NCBI GenBank assembly: GCA_963848025.1
Contig: CAWKBY010000005.1
Coordinates: 154,154-218,153, forward strand
Direction: 5' to 3'
Source: an uncultured Actinomycetota bacterium
GTDB taxonomy: Bacteria > Actinomycetota > Actinomycetes > Propionibacteriales > Nocardioidaceae
Length of the DNA: 64,000 bases
Part shown: one piece after another, positions 44,887-53,028 of the stretch
Layout of the letters: each line of letters begins with the position of its first letter
How positions within the stretch are numbered: the stretch's first letter is position 1
Made by a program: the position numbers and the translations under genes
Notes under the pieces: generated by a model
Databases searched by the model: none
Told to the model about the DNA's origin: nothing
Seen by the model: the letters and a program-made list of their open reading frames with translations, nothing else

Positions 44887-44961
44887 TCAGGCGTTGGGGC
44901 GCTTGCCGTGGTTGGCGCTCTTCTTCTTGCGCGCGCGGCGCTTGCGTCCTGTCTTGCCCAT
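44887..44961 (-). CDS. 50S ribosomal protein bL37 (24-aa actinobacterial micro-protein)
   Basis: MGKTGRKRRARKKKSANHGKRPNA, with AGGAGG 6 nt upstream of the ATG. It closely resembles the mycobacterial bL37 peptide (...KANHGKRPNA) seen in ribosome cryo-EM structures. It is hidden inside spurious track ORF 44887..45471. Confidence 0.8.
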   Translation of the reverse strand: MGKTGRKRRARKKKSANHGKRPNA

Positions 44962-45072
44962 CGGGTCCTCCTGGTCGTGGTCGCGTGCCGCCGGGTCAGC
45001 GGCCACAGTCGTGGTCATCTTCCCAAACGCCGCGGGCAGCCGCGAATCGCGGTCTCCGGGCATCTGACACGA

Positions 45073-45160
45073 GCGGCGACAACAGCCCGCACGTCGCGCG
45101 ACCACAAGCGGCATGTCGCGGCACCACAGGCGGCATGTCGCGGCACCACCACCGGCATGT
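45073..45160 (-). repeat. Array B: four head-to-tail 22-bp repeats, inverted relative to array A
   Basis: The minus strand reads ACATGCCGGTGGTGGTGCCGCG / ACATGCCGCCTGTGGTGCCGCG / ACATGCCGCTTGTGGTCGCGCG / ACGTGCGGGCTGTTGTCGCCGC. The array starts 10 nt after the rshA stop. Its last unit matches array A unit 2 at 18/22 positions, including a 13-nt identical run. Confidence 0.85.
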
Positions 45161-45170
45161 GGTGGCGGGC

Positions 45171-45434
45171 TCAGTCGAGCGGACCCTCGGTGATCCGCAC
45201 CTGCACCTCCCGGATCGACATCAGCACCCGCTCCCGAAGCTCGTGGGGGGCGGACTCGGAGCACGAGCGCGCCACCAGGGCCTTGACGGTGCGTTGCAGG
45301 TCGTACTTCGCGAGGCACGGCCCGCAGACGTCGAGATGGAGCCGCACCGCGGTGACGTCGGCCTCGTCGAGCTCGTTGTCGAGGAAGTAGACGATCTGCT
45401 CGAGGTAGTCCGCACAGGACTCGTCGTGGCCCAT
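45171..45434 (-). CDS. rshA: Zinc-associated (ZAS) anti-sigma factor RshA/RsrA
   Basis: 87 aa, CADYLEQIVYFLDNELD...HLDVCGPCLAKYDLQ (HxxxCxxC). The start overlaps the sigH stop by 1 nt. Confidence 0.92.
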   Translation of the reverse strand: MGHDESCADYLEQIVYFLDNELDEADVTAVRLHLDVCGPCLAKYDLQRTVKALVARSCSESAPHELRERVLMSIREVQVRITEGPLD

Positions 45435-46099
45435 CAGTCTCCCTTCCCCACACGCAGCAGGTCGTGGTCACGAACGTGGTCGGCCAGCATGTCGCGCAGC
45501 TGGCGGCGCCCGCGGTGCAGCCGGGACATCACCGTGCCGATGGGGGTGCCCATGATCTCGGCGATCTCCTTGTAGGGGAATCCCTCGACGTCCGCGAGGT
45601 AGACCGCGAGCCGGAACTCCTCCGGCAGCCGCTGCAGCGCGTCCTTCACCTGCGAGTCGGGCAGGTGCTCGAGAGCCTCTGACTCGGCCGACTTCAACCC
45701 GCTGGAGGTGTGCGACTCGGCCCGGGCGATCTGCCAGTCCTCGATGTCGCCCGCATCGCCGGTCAGCGACTGCTGAGGTTGGCGCTGCTTCTTGCGGTAG
45801 GAGTTGATGAACGTGTTGGTGAGGATGCGGTAGAGCCAGGCCTTGAGATTGGTGCCTGGCTTGAACTGGTGAAACGAGCCGTAAGCCTTCGCGAACGTCT
45901 CCTGCACCAGGTCTTCCGCGTCCGGTGGGTTGCGGGTCATCCGCATCGCCGCGGAGTAGAGCTGGTCGAGGAAGGGCAGCGCATCGCGCTCGAAGCGGGC
46001 GGTGCGCTCCGCCTCGGTCTCGGTCTCGAGGTCGATGACCTCGTCGAGTGCGGTCTGGTCCGTGACGTCGTCGTCAGGCTCGGGGGGTCGGTCAGTCAT
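45434..46099 (-). CDS. sigH: ECF sigma factor SigH/SigR (disulfide/heat stress)
   Basis: [65 protein letters not shown] and [44 protein letters not shown] 46099 is the short form; an in-frame GTG at 46219 would add 40 aa. Confidence 0.92.
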   Translation of the reverse strand: MTDRPPEPDDDVTDQTALDEVIDLETETEAERTARFERDALPFLDQLYSAAMRMTRNPPDAEDLVQETFAKAYGSFHQFKPGTNLKAWLYRILTNTFINSYRKKQRQPQQSLTGDAGDIEDWQIARAESHTSSGLKSAESEALEHLPDSQVKDALQRLPEEFRLAVYLADVEGFPYKEIAEIMGTPIGTVMSRLHRGRRQLRDMLADHVRDHDLLRVGKGD

Positions 46100-46228
46100 C
46101 GGAGCCCAGCCTAGCCCGAGTGCGGCTGCCGGCCCGGACGTCTGCACTGGCGCCGGAGCGGGGTCGGCAGGGGCACGGCCGGATCCGGAGGCGGTGGGTG
46201 GTGTCAGCACGGCGAGCACGACACTGAC

Positions 46229-46254
46229 AACACCTCACCCGTGTCGCTGATTCC
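46229..46254 (-). promoter_or_regulatory. Autoregulatory SigR/SigH-type promoter (GGAAT-N18-GTT)
   Basis: The minus strand reads GGAAT CAGCGACACGGGTGAGGT GTT. The GTT ends 9 nt before the upstream in-frame GTG (46219) and about 130 nt before ATG 46099. Confidence 0.6.
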
Positions 46255-46882
46255 CCACAGCCTCACGGACCACCCACTCCAACGTGCTCTCCACCACGAT
46301 GCCGAGTGCCTCCTCCTGGGTGAGCTGGCCGCGCTTGGGCACTCGCAAGGAGTGGTCGCCACCCGGGACCACGGTCATCTCGACCGCGGGAGGGAACTCC
46401 TCGGGCCGGCCCATCGGGTCGCGCTCCCCCTGGATGACCAGCGTCGGCACGCGGGTGGCCAGCAGCTCCTCGACCCGCGACGACTCGGGACGCCCGGGTG
46501 GGTGGAGCGGGAACGCCAGGCACAGGCATCCGCTGGCCCCCAGCTCGCGCGCCATCCGGGCGGCCGACCGCGCGCCGGCGGAGCGGCCGCCGACCACCAA
46601 CGGGGTCCGCGTGCGCATCGCCGAGGCGGCGGCACGCAGCCCGTCGTCAAGCGTGGCCGGAGGGGTCGCCACCTTGCGCCCGGAGACCTTCCACGGCTGC
46701 TCGAAGCGCACCACGGACACGTCGTTGCGCGGCAGATGGGTCGCCAGCGCCTCCAGGTCTGCGGTGTCGATACCGTTGCCGGCGCCATGGCTGAGAAGCA
46801 CGGTCGCCACGGGGCGACGCGCATGCTGGGTGACCAGCCGTCCGTCGCCGTGGGGAGTGCTGATGATCCTCTCGAGTGCCAC
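46235..46882 (-). CDS. Alpha/beta hydrolase (dienelactone-hydrolase/KANL3-like)
   Basis: VLLSHGAGNGIDTADL...LVVGGRSAGARSAA...VIQGERDPMG...GGDHSL. GTG 46882 was chosen because the longer track ORF would overlap the yedK 3' end. Confidence 0.75.
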   Translation of the reverse strand: MALERIISTPHGDGRLVTQHARRPVATVLLSHGAGNGIDTADLEALATHLPRNDVSVVRFEQPWKVSGRKVATPPATLDDGLRAAASAMRTRTPLVVGGRSAGARSAARMARELGASGCLCLAFPLHPPGRPESSRVEELLATRVPTLVIQGERDPMGRPEEFPPAVEMTVVPGGDHSLRVPKRGQLTQEEALGIVVESTLEWVVREAVGNQRHG

Positions 46883-46934
46883 GCCCGCATCATGCCAGCC
46901 CGCGTCGACGCCGCCGGGCGCCGCCTCGGCCGGC

Positions 46935-47687
46935 TCAGACCTGGACGTCCTCGAGGGGCAGCGGCTCGACCAGCTCCGCGCCGTTGTTGCGCACGTTGTT
47001 GACCAGGGTCGCGACGGGGTAGGCCTCGAGAGCACCGGGCGCCGCCGGGACCAGGAGGTCGCGCAGCGCGTCGCCGCGCGCGGTGGGGTCGAGCCAGGCC
47101 GACCAGCGCTCCCGCTCGACCATCATCGGCATCCGGTCGTGGAGGTGGCCGAGGTCGTCCTGCGCCTCGGTCGTGAGCACCGTGCAGGTCCAGCGGAAGC
47201 GGTCGGGGTCGTCGTCAGCCCGCTCGGGGTCGCGCCAGATCTCGTAGAGGCCGGCCATCGCCACCACGCCGCCGTCTCGTGGCCGGATGAAGAACGGCTG
47301 CTTGCGGGGCTTGCCGGAGGCGGTCGGCTGGGATGTGGGGTACCACTCGAAGTACCCGTCGGCCGGGAGCAGGCAGCGCCGAGCCGCGAAGGCGCGGCGG
47401 TAGGCCGGCTTCTCGGCGACCGTCTCGACCCGAGCATTGATGAGCCGGCTGGCCATCGTGGGGTCCTTCGCCCAGGAGGGCAGCAGACCCCAGGTGAGCA
47501 CGCGCAGCTGACGCTGCGCCGGCTGCTCGCGGTCGTGCGACGGCGGGCGCTCCAGCACGGCGTAGACCGGTTTGGTGGGGGCGACGTTGAAGTCGGGCTC
47601 GAGGGGCGTCTCGACGCGAGACTCCTCGACCTCGAACTCCTCGACCAGGTCCTCCGGACGTCGGCTGAAGGCGTAGCGACCGCACAT
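46935..47687 (-). CDS. yedK: SOS response-associated peptidase (SRAP/YedK, abasic-site processing)
   Basis: MCGRYA with the catalytic Cys2, plus FNVAPTKPVYAV, INARVETVAEKPAYRRAF and DGYFEW motifs. Confidence 0.9.
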   Translation of the reverse strand: MCGRYAFSRRPEDLVEEFEVEESRVETPLEPDFNVAPTKPVYAVLERPPSHDREQPAQRQLRVLTWGLLPSWAKDPTMASRLINARVETVAEKPAYRRAFAARRCLLPADGYFEWYPTSQPTASGKPRKQPFFIRPRDGGVVAMAGLYEIWRDPERADDDPDRFRWTCTVLTTEAQDDLGHLHDRMPMMVERERWSAWLDPTARGDALRDLLVPAAPGALEAYPVATLVNNVRNNGAELVEPLPLEDVQV

Positions 47688-47726
47688 GAGGCCACCCTAG
47701 GCCGCGCCGGGGACGGCCCGCAGCGC

Positions 47727-48503
47727 TCAGGAGCGGGCGAGCTCGTCGAGCAGCAACGCGGCCACGCTGTCGTCGCCGGGCAGCCCTTCGATCCACACCC
47801 GGACACCGGACTCGTCGACGGTGCGCGACATCTTGCGCAGCAGTGCCACGCGCTGCCCGAGCCGGTCGTCTCGGACCGCGACCACGACGACCCGGTCCGG
47901 CCCGAGCCGGCCGACCGTCTCGCTTCCCGCGAAGACCGTGCGGGCGGTGTCACCGAGCTCGCCGAGGCGCATCGTGCGGGTCAACAGCTGCTGCCGGTGC
48001 TGCTCGCGAGAGGCCGCCCCTGACAGGGGCGTGGCGGCGTCCGGCGGCAGCTCGGCCACCACCAGCGCGAAGTCCTCACGCACCCGACCCGACCCTCGGA
48101 GCTCTCCCCGGTACAGCTCCGCGAGTCGGCTTCGGACGTGCGCGAGACTGGCCAACCCGGTCATCGGGTCGTCGCAGGCCATCTGGTGGACGTAGGCCAG
48201 GATCGCGTCGCTCCAGGCCCGGGCGACCGACCGGACGTCGTCGTACGACGGGTCGGTGCCGAGGATCGTCTGGTACGTCGTCTGCAGCGCCGCGAGCGTC
48301 TCGTCGAGCGAGGCGCCGTCCTTGGCCAGCTGGGCGCCGGCCACGGCGCAGGCCTCCGAGGTGGAGTCGGACCCCGAGGCGAGCATCTCTGCCACGGCCT
48401 CGAACCTCGGCGGCAACCCCATCCGCACCGGCTCGGAGATCGTGGCGCCCGCCCCGGGGTCCATCGCGGGCGCGGTGCGCGAACGCAACGCGAATATGCC
48501 CAC
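47727..48503 (-). CDS. Hypothetical protein with a possible degenerate GGDEF-like domain
   Basis: DPMTGLASLAHVRSRLAELY...FALVVAELP...VGRLGPDRVVVVAV resembles the diguanylate-cyclase fold, but GGDEF is replaced by GPDRV. The start is uncertain: GTG 48503 has GAGGGGG 7 nt upstream. Confidence 0.5.
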   Translation of the reverse strand: MGIFALRSRTAPAMDPGAGATISEPVRMGLPPRFEAVAEMLASGSDSTSEACAVAGAQLAKDGASLDETLAALQTTYQTILGTDPSYDDVRSVARAWSDAILAYVHQMACDDPMTGLASLAHVRSRLAELYRGELRGSGRVREDFALVVAELPPDAATPLSGAASREQHRQQLLTRTMRLGELGDTARTVFAGSETVGRLGPDRVVVVAVRDDRLGQRVALLRKMSRTVDESGVRVWIEGLPGDDSVAALLLDELARS

Positions 48504-48628
48504 GTCTGTACCCCCTCGGGTGATCGTCCTCGTGGAGGTGAGACGCACCACGAAAGGACCCATGACGCGGTTCCGGCGATACATTTTGGCCCGGAAACGT
48601 CCATACAGGTCCGCACGCGAGGCCTAGA

Positions 48629-50626
48629 ATGGCGTCATCCTCTTCTTCCCCGACCGTTAGTACCTATGTGAGCTCGACACTTCCACGCGTAGACGGCCCC
48701 GCCGACGCCGAGTTGATCTCGGCTGTCCGCGGGGGCGACATCGACGCCTACGGCGAGCTCTTCGCGCGACACGCGGACGCCGCTCGGCGGCTGGCGCGCC
48801 AGCTGGTGCCGTCGGCAGACGCCGACGACCTGGTGTCCGACGCGTTCGCCAAGGTCCTCGGGGTGCTGCAGCGGGGCGGGGGCCCCGACATCGCGTTCCG
48901 GGCCTACCTGCTGACCGCCGTCCGGCGTCTGCACGTCGACAAGATCCGGGCCGGCGCCAGGCTCACCACGACCGACGACCTCGAGCCGTTCGACCCCGGC
49001 ACGCCCTTCCAGGACACCGCGGTCGAGGGATTCGAGAGCGAGGCCGCGGCCAAGGCGTTCGCGTCCCTGCCGGAGCGCTGGCAGCTGGTGCTGTGGCACC
49101 TCGAGGTCGAGGGCCAGAAGCCCGCCGACATCGCGCCGATGCTCGGCATGTCGGCCAACTCCGTCTCGGCGCTGGCCTACCGCGCCCGGGAGGGGCTGCG
49201 TCAGGCGTTCCTGAACCAGCACGGGCAGGAGATGGACGACGACACCTGTCGCTGGACGCATCAGCACCTGGGGGCCTACGTCCGCAACGGCATCAGCCGC
49301 CGCGACGCCACCAAGGTCGAGGAGCACCTCGACGACTGCCGCAAGTGCATGGCGGTCTATCTGGAGCTCACGGAGGTCAACTCCAACCTCGCCGGCATCC
49401 TCGCGCCTCTGTTGCTGGGCGGGGCTGCGACGGCGTACGTCGCCGCGGCGGGCGGAGCAGTGACCAAGGGCGGGCTGATGCTGCTCGTCGGCCGCGCCCG
49501 CGACTTCGTGTCGGCCAACGCACCGGCCACGGCCGTGGCCGGCGTCGCGGTCACTGCCGTGATCGCCGGCACCGCGATGCTCACCATCAACGGCAACGAC
49601 ACCAACACGCTGAGCTCGGCCGACACCGCGCCCGGCGTGGTGGCTCCCAGCTCCGCGGGTGACGCCACCCGCGACCCGGTCGACCCGCGGCGGACCCGCG
49701 CAGGCGAGGACGATGCCGAGGCCGTGGTCACCACGGGGCCCGTGGACAGCGCGGGCCCGCCCGCGCTGGTACCACCGGCGAGCGACGCGCCACCGCCGGC
49801 CACGCCCCCCACCGATGGCGGGCCGACCGGCGGCAGCCCAGGCTCCCCCTCCACCTCCTCGCCGGGCGCGTCCAACACCCCGAGCGACACCACGTCACCC
49901 ACCGACACCACGTCACCCACCGACACCACGTCACCCACCGACACCACGTCACCCACCGACACGACCTCACCCACCGACACCACGTCACCCACCGACACCA
50001 CGTCACCCACCGACACCACGTCACCCACCGACACCACGTCACCCACCGACACCACGTCACCCACCGACACGACCTCACCCACCGACACGACCTCACCCAC
50101 CGACACGACCTCACCCACCGACACGACCTCACCCACCGACACGACCTCACCCACCGACACGACCTCACCCACCGACACGACCTCACCCACCGACACGACC
50201 TCACCCACCGACCCTCCGGCCAGCACCGACGTGTCCGTGACCGGCTCCGCGGAGGCGCAGGGTCGTTGGCGCTACCGCGTCAGCGTCACCGTCGCCGGTG
50301 TCAACCCGGGTGACTCGGTGCCGCTGCAGATCGACGTGAAGAACCTCGTGTTCGCCACCGACCTGGGCCCGCTGTGCACGCGCTTCTCCGACGACCGTGC
50401 CGTGTGCCGCATCGATGGGAGCGCCGACCTCAGCACCACGCTGCAGCTGATTGCCGAGCCGCCGCGGGGCGAGTCCGCCTCGATCACCTTCACCGTGACC
50501 CCGGCGGCCGACACCCCCAACGACGAGACCACCAACGACACGGTCACGGTCGAGCTTCCCGCCCGCGAGGCGGACGGTCCGGGCGTGGCCCGGCCCTCGG
50601 GCTTCGGGATGACGCTTCGCCGGTGA
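48629..50626 (+). CDS. ECF sigma factor fused to a zf-HC2 anti-sigma-like segment, TM region, Thr/Pro repeat linker and C-terminal beta-rich domain
   Basis: 665 aa. Sigma-2 is DDLVSDAFAKVLGVLQRG...AYLLTAVRRLHVDK. Sigma-4 is LPERWQLVLWHLEVEGQKPADIAPMLGMSANSVSALAYRAREGL. The HLDDCRKC (HxxxCxxC) motif is followed by hydrophobic segments LAGILAPLLLGGAATAYVAAAGG and AVAGVAVTAVIAGTAMLTI, then 18 x TTSPTD and a ~140-aa C-terminal domain. Confidence 0.85.
   Translation: MASSSSSPTVSTYVSSTLPRVDGPADAELISAVRGGDIDAYGELFARHADAARRLARQLVPSADADDLVSDAFAKVLGVLQRGGGPDIAFRAYLLTAVRRLHVDKIRAGARLTTTDDLEPFDPGTPFQDTAVEGFESEAAAKAFASLPERWQLVLWHLEVEGQKPADIAPMLGMSANSVSALAYRAREGLRQAFLNQHGQEMDDDTCRWTHQHLGAYVRNGISRRDATKVEEHLDDCRKCMAVYLELTEVNSNLAGILAPLLLGGAATAYVAAAGGAVTKGGLMLLVGRARDFVSANAPATAVAGVAVTAVIAGTAMLTINGNDTNTLSSADTAPGVVAPSSAGDATRDPVDPRRTRAGEDDAEAVVTTGPVDSAGPPALVPPASDAPPPATPPTDGGPTGGSPGSPSTSSPGASNTPSDTTSPTDTTSPTDTTSPTDTTSPTDTTSPTDTTSPTDTTSPTDTTSPTDTTSPTDTTSPTDTTSPTDTTSPTDTTSPTDTTSPTDTTSPTDTTSPTDTTSPTDTTSPTDPPASTDVSVTGSAEAQGRWRYRVSVTVAGVNPGDSVPLQIDVKNLVFATDLGPLCTRFSDDRAVCRIDGSADLSTTLQLIAEPPRGESASITFTVTPAADTPNDETTNDTVTVELPAREADGPGVARPSGFGMTLRR
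49889..50212 (+). repeat. 18 perfect head-to-tail copies of an 18-bp in-frame repeat (TTSPTD)
   Basis: There are two synonymous alleles, ACCACGTCACCCACCGAC (V1) and ACGACCTCACCCACCGAC (V2). They are ordered V1x4, V2x1, V1x5, V2x8 with no other substitutions. Confidence 0.95.
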
Positions 50627-50663
50627 CCGGTCCGGCACCACGCGCGCTCGATAGGCTGCGCGC

Positions 50664-51953
50664 GTGACAGCGCTGCCCACACCGACGCCCGTCGCCGACC
50701 CGTGGCCGGTGCCGCGCGTCCACGGTCCGGTCGACCTGACGGTCACGCTGCCGAGCAGCAAGTCGCTGACCAACCGGGCGCTCGTGATCGCTGCCGTTGC
50801 CGACGGGCCCGGCGTCGTCCGCCGGGCACTGCGCTCCCGCGACACCCTGCTGATGGCCTCGGCGCTGACGGCGCTGGGCGCCAGGGTCGACACCACGGGC
50901 GACGACTGGCCGGTCCGTCCGGGCGCTTTCGACCGCGCCGCCGTTGTCGACTGCGGCCTGGCCGGCACCGTGATGCGGTTCGTGCCCCCGGTGGCGGCAC
51001 TGTCCACCGCCGACGTCACCTTCGACGGTGACGCGCACATGCGGCTGCGGCCGGTCGGCGAGGTGCTGACCGCGCTGCGCAGCCTGGGGGTGAACATCGA
51101 CGACGGCGGGCGTGGCGCGCTGCCGTTCACCGTCGCCGGCGCCGGCGGCGTCCCCGGCGGCACCGTGGTGATCGACGCGTCGGCGTCCTCCCAGTTCGTC
51201 TCGGCACTGCTGCTCGCCGGGGCGAGGTACGACGACGGAGTCGATGTCCGCCACGTCGGCAAGCCGGTGCCGTCGCTCCCCCACATCGAGATGACCGTCG
51301 CGATGCTCCGCCGGCACGGCGTGGCGGTCGACGACGCCGACGCCAACCGCTGGGCGGTGGCGCCGGGCCCGGTGCGCGCAGTCGACCACACCATCGAGCC
51401 GGACCTGTCCAACGCGGCGCCGGTCCTGGCCCTGGCGGCGGTCACCCGCGGCACGGTCGTCGTCCGCGACTGGCCGCACGAGACCACCCAGGCGGGCGAC
51501 GCCCTCCGCGAGATCCTCACGCAGATGGGGTGCGAGGTGCGCTTCGTCGCCGACGGCCTCGAGGTCCGCGGCACAGGCCCCTTGCAGGGGGTCGACCTCG
51601 ACCTCCACGACGTCGGCGAGCTGACCCCCGCCGTGGCGGCACTCTGCGCGCTGGCCGAGACCCCGTCGCATGTGCGCGGCGTCGCCCACATCCGCGGGCA
51701 CGAGACCGACCGACTGGCGGCCCTCGCCACCGAGCTCGGTCGGCTCGGCGCCGACGTCACCGAGAGGGACGACGGGCTCGACCTGCGCCCGGCCCCGCTG
51801 CACGGAGGTGTCTTCCACACCTATGCCGACCATCGGATGGCGCACGCCGGCGTCATCATCGGCACCGCGGTCGACGACGTGGCGGTCGAGAACGTCGGGA
51901 CGACGGCCAAGACCTTCCCCGACTTCGCCGGCTTCTGGGGTCGGCTGTGCTGA
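50664..51953 (+). CDS. aroA: 3-phosphoshikimate 1-carboxyvinyltransferase (EPSP synthase)
   Basis: 429 aa with the [20 protein letters not shown] motif and conserved EPSPS sequence to the C-terminus. Confidence 0.95.
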   Translation: MTALPTPTPVADPWPVPRVHGPVDLTVTLPSSKSLTNRALVIAAVADGPGVVRRALRSRDTLLMASALTALGARVDTTGDDWPVRPGAFDRAAVVDCGLAGTVMRFVPPVAALSTADVTFDGDAHMRLRPVGEVLTALRSLGVNIDDGGRGALPFTVAGAGGVPGGTVVIDASASSQFVSALLLAGARYDDGVDVRHVGKPVPSLPHIEMTVAMLRRHGVAVDDADANRWAVAPGPVRAVDHTIEPDLSNAAPVLALAAVTRGTVVVRDWPHETTQAGDALREILTQMGCEVRFVADGLEVRGTGPLQGVDLDLHDVGELTPAVAALCALAETPSHVRGVAHIRGHETDRLAALATELGRLGADVTERDDGLDLRPAPLHGGVFHTYADHRMAHAGVIIGTAVDDVAVENVGTTAKTFPDFAGFWGRLC

Positions 51954-51980
51954 GGTGCGGCTCGTGAAGGGTCGGCCGCG

Positions 51981-52967
51981 ATGACCGGGCGCTACGACGA
52001 GCACGACCACGAGCACTACGAGCGCCCGAGGCGCCACACCCGTCCCCGCACCAAGGAGCGGCCGACGTACGACGACGCCGTCGATGCGAGCGTCGTCACC
52101 GTCGATCGCGGCCGGTTCACGCTGTCCCTCGAGGACGGCACCGCCGTGATGGCGATGAAGTCGCGGCCACTGGGTCGCAAGGGGGTGGTGGTGGGCGACC
52201 GGGTCCGGGTGGTGGGCGACGTGTCCGGACGCGACGGCTCCCTGGCCCGGATCGTGGAGGTGCGCGACCGGACGACGGTGCTGCGCCGCACGGCCGACGA
52301 CGACGACCCCGTGGAGCGGATCATCGTGGCCAATGCCGACCAGCTGGTCGTCGTGACGGCGCTCGCCGACCCCGAGCCGCGCACCGGGTTGGTCGACCGC
52401 GCACTGGTGGCTGCCTACGACGCGGGGATGGCGCCGCTCCTCTGCCTGACCAAGGCAGACCTCGCAGCACCGGACGCGCTCCTCGGCACCTACCGCGCGC
52501 TCGACGTTCCCTGGGTGGTCACCGAGCGCGGCGGCGACCTCGACCGGTTGCGCGAGCGGCTGGCCGGTCGGACCAGCGTGCTGATCGGGCACAGCGGGGT
52601 CGGCAAGTCCACGCTGGTCAACGCGCTGGTGCCCGACGCCAACCGCGACATCGGGCGGGTCAACGCGGTCACCGGCCGGGGTCGGCACACCTCGACCAGT
52701 GCGATCCTGCTCCCGCTGGCGGGCGGCGGCGCGATCATCGACACCCCGGGGATCCGCTCCTTCGGTCTGGCCCACGTCCAGCCCGCGCAGCTGATCACGG
52801 CGTTCCCCGACCTCGACGCCCAGACCGTCGACTGCCCGCGCGGCTGCACCCACGGCACCGAGGAGCCGGAGTGCGGGCTCGACGAGGCGGTCCAGCGGGG
52901 CGACGCCGACCCGGACCGCGTGGAGTCGTTCCGCCGCCTGCTGGCGGCGAGGTACGTCGCCGGATGA
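51981..52967 (+). CDS. rsgA: Ribosome small-subunit-dependent GTPase A
   Basis: 328 aa with an OB domain, circularly permuted GTPase (LTKADL ... GHSGVGKSTLVNAL) and Zn finger CPRGCTHGTEEPEC. Confidence 0.93.
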   Translation: MTGRYDEHDHEHYERPRRHTRPRTKERPTYDDAVDASVVTVDRGRFTLSLEDGTAVMAMKSRPLGRKGVVVGDRVRVVGDVSGRDGSLARIVEVRDRTTVLRRTADDDDPVERIIVANADQLVVVTALADPEPRTGLVDRALVAAYDAGMAPLLCLTKADLAAPDALLGTYRALDVPWVVTERGGDLDRLRERLAGRTSVLIGHSGVGKSTLVNALVPDANRDIGRVNAVTGRGRHTSTSAILLPLAGGGAIIDTPGIRSFGLAHVQPAQLITAFPDLDAQTVDCPRGCTHGTEEPECGLDEAVQRGDADPDRVESFRRLLAARYVAG

Positions 52968-53028
52968 CGAGGTCGGCCCGAGACCGGGGCCTCCAGACCT
53001 GCCGCCCCTGCTTCGGTCGCGCCGTCGG

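Noticed and set aside
44887-45471. 194-aa ORF overlapping rshA antisense/3' region and the repeat array
   Set aside because: Only the last 24 codons have a Shine-Dalgarno and match bL37. The upstream part runs through the 22-bp repeat array and the rshA coding region in another frame.
48593-48628. GGAAAC-N17-CGCG and a TAGAAT hexamer upstream of the ECF fusion gene as an ECF-type or housekeeping promoter
   Set aside because: The match to ECF consensus (GGAAC-N16/17-CGTT) is only partial. The TAGAAT abuts the annotated ATG, and the spacing to any -35 is wrong. It was noted but is too weak to annotate.
49889-50212. Regular short repeats considered as a possible CRISPR array (also considered for 44726-45160)
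   Set aside because: The units are directly abutting with no spacers. The 18-bp array is in frame inside a coding sequence, no cas genes are present, and the units are too short. These are tandem repeats, not CRISPR.
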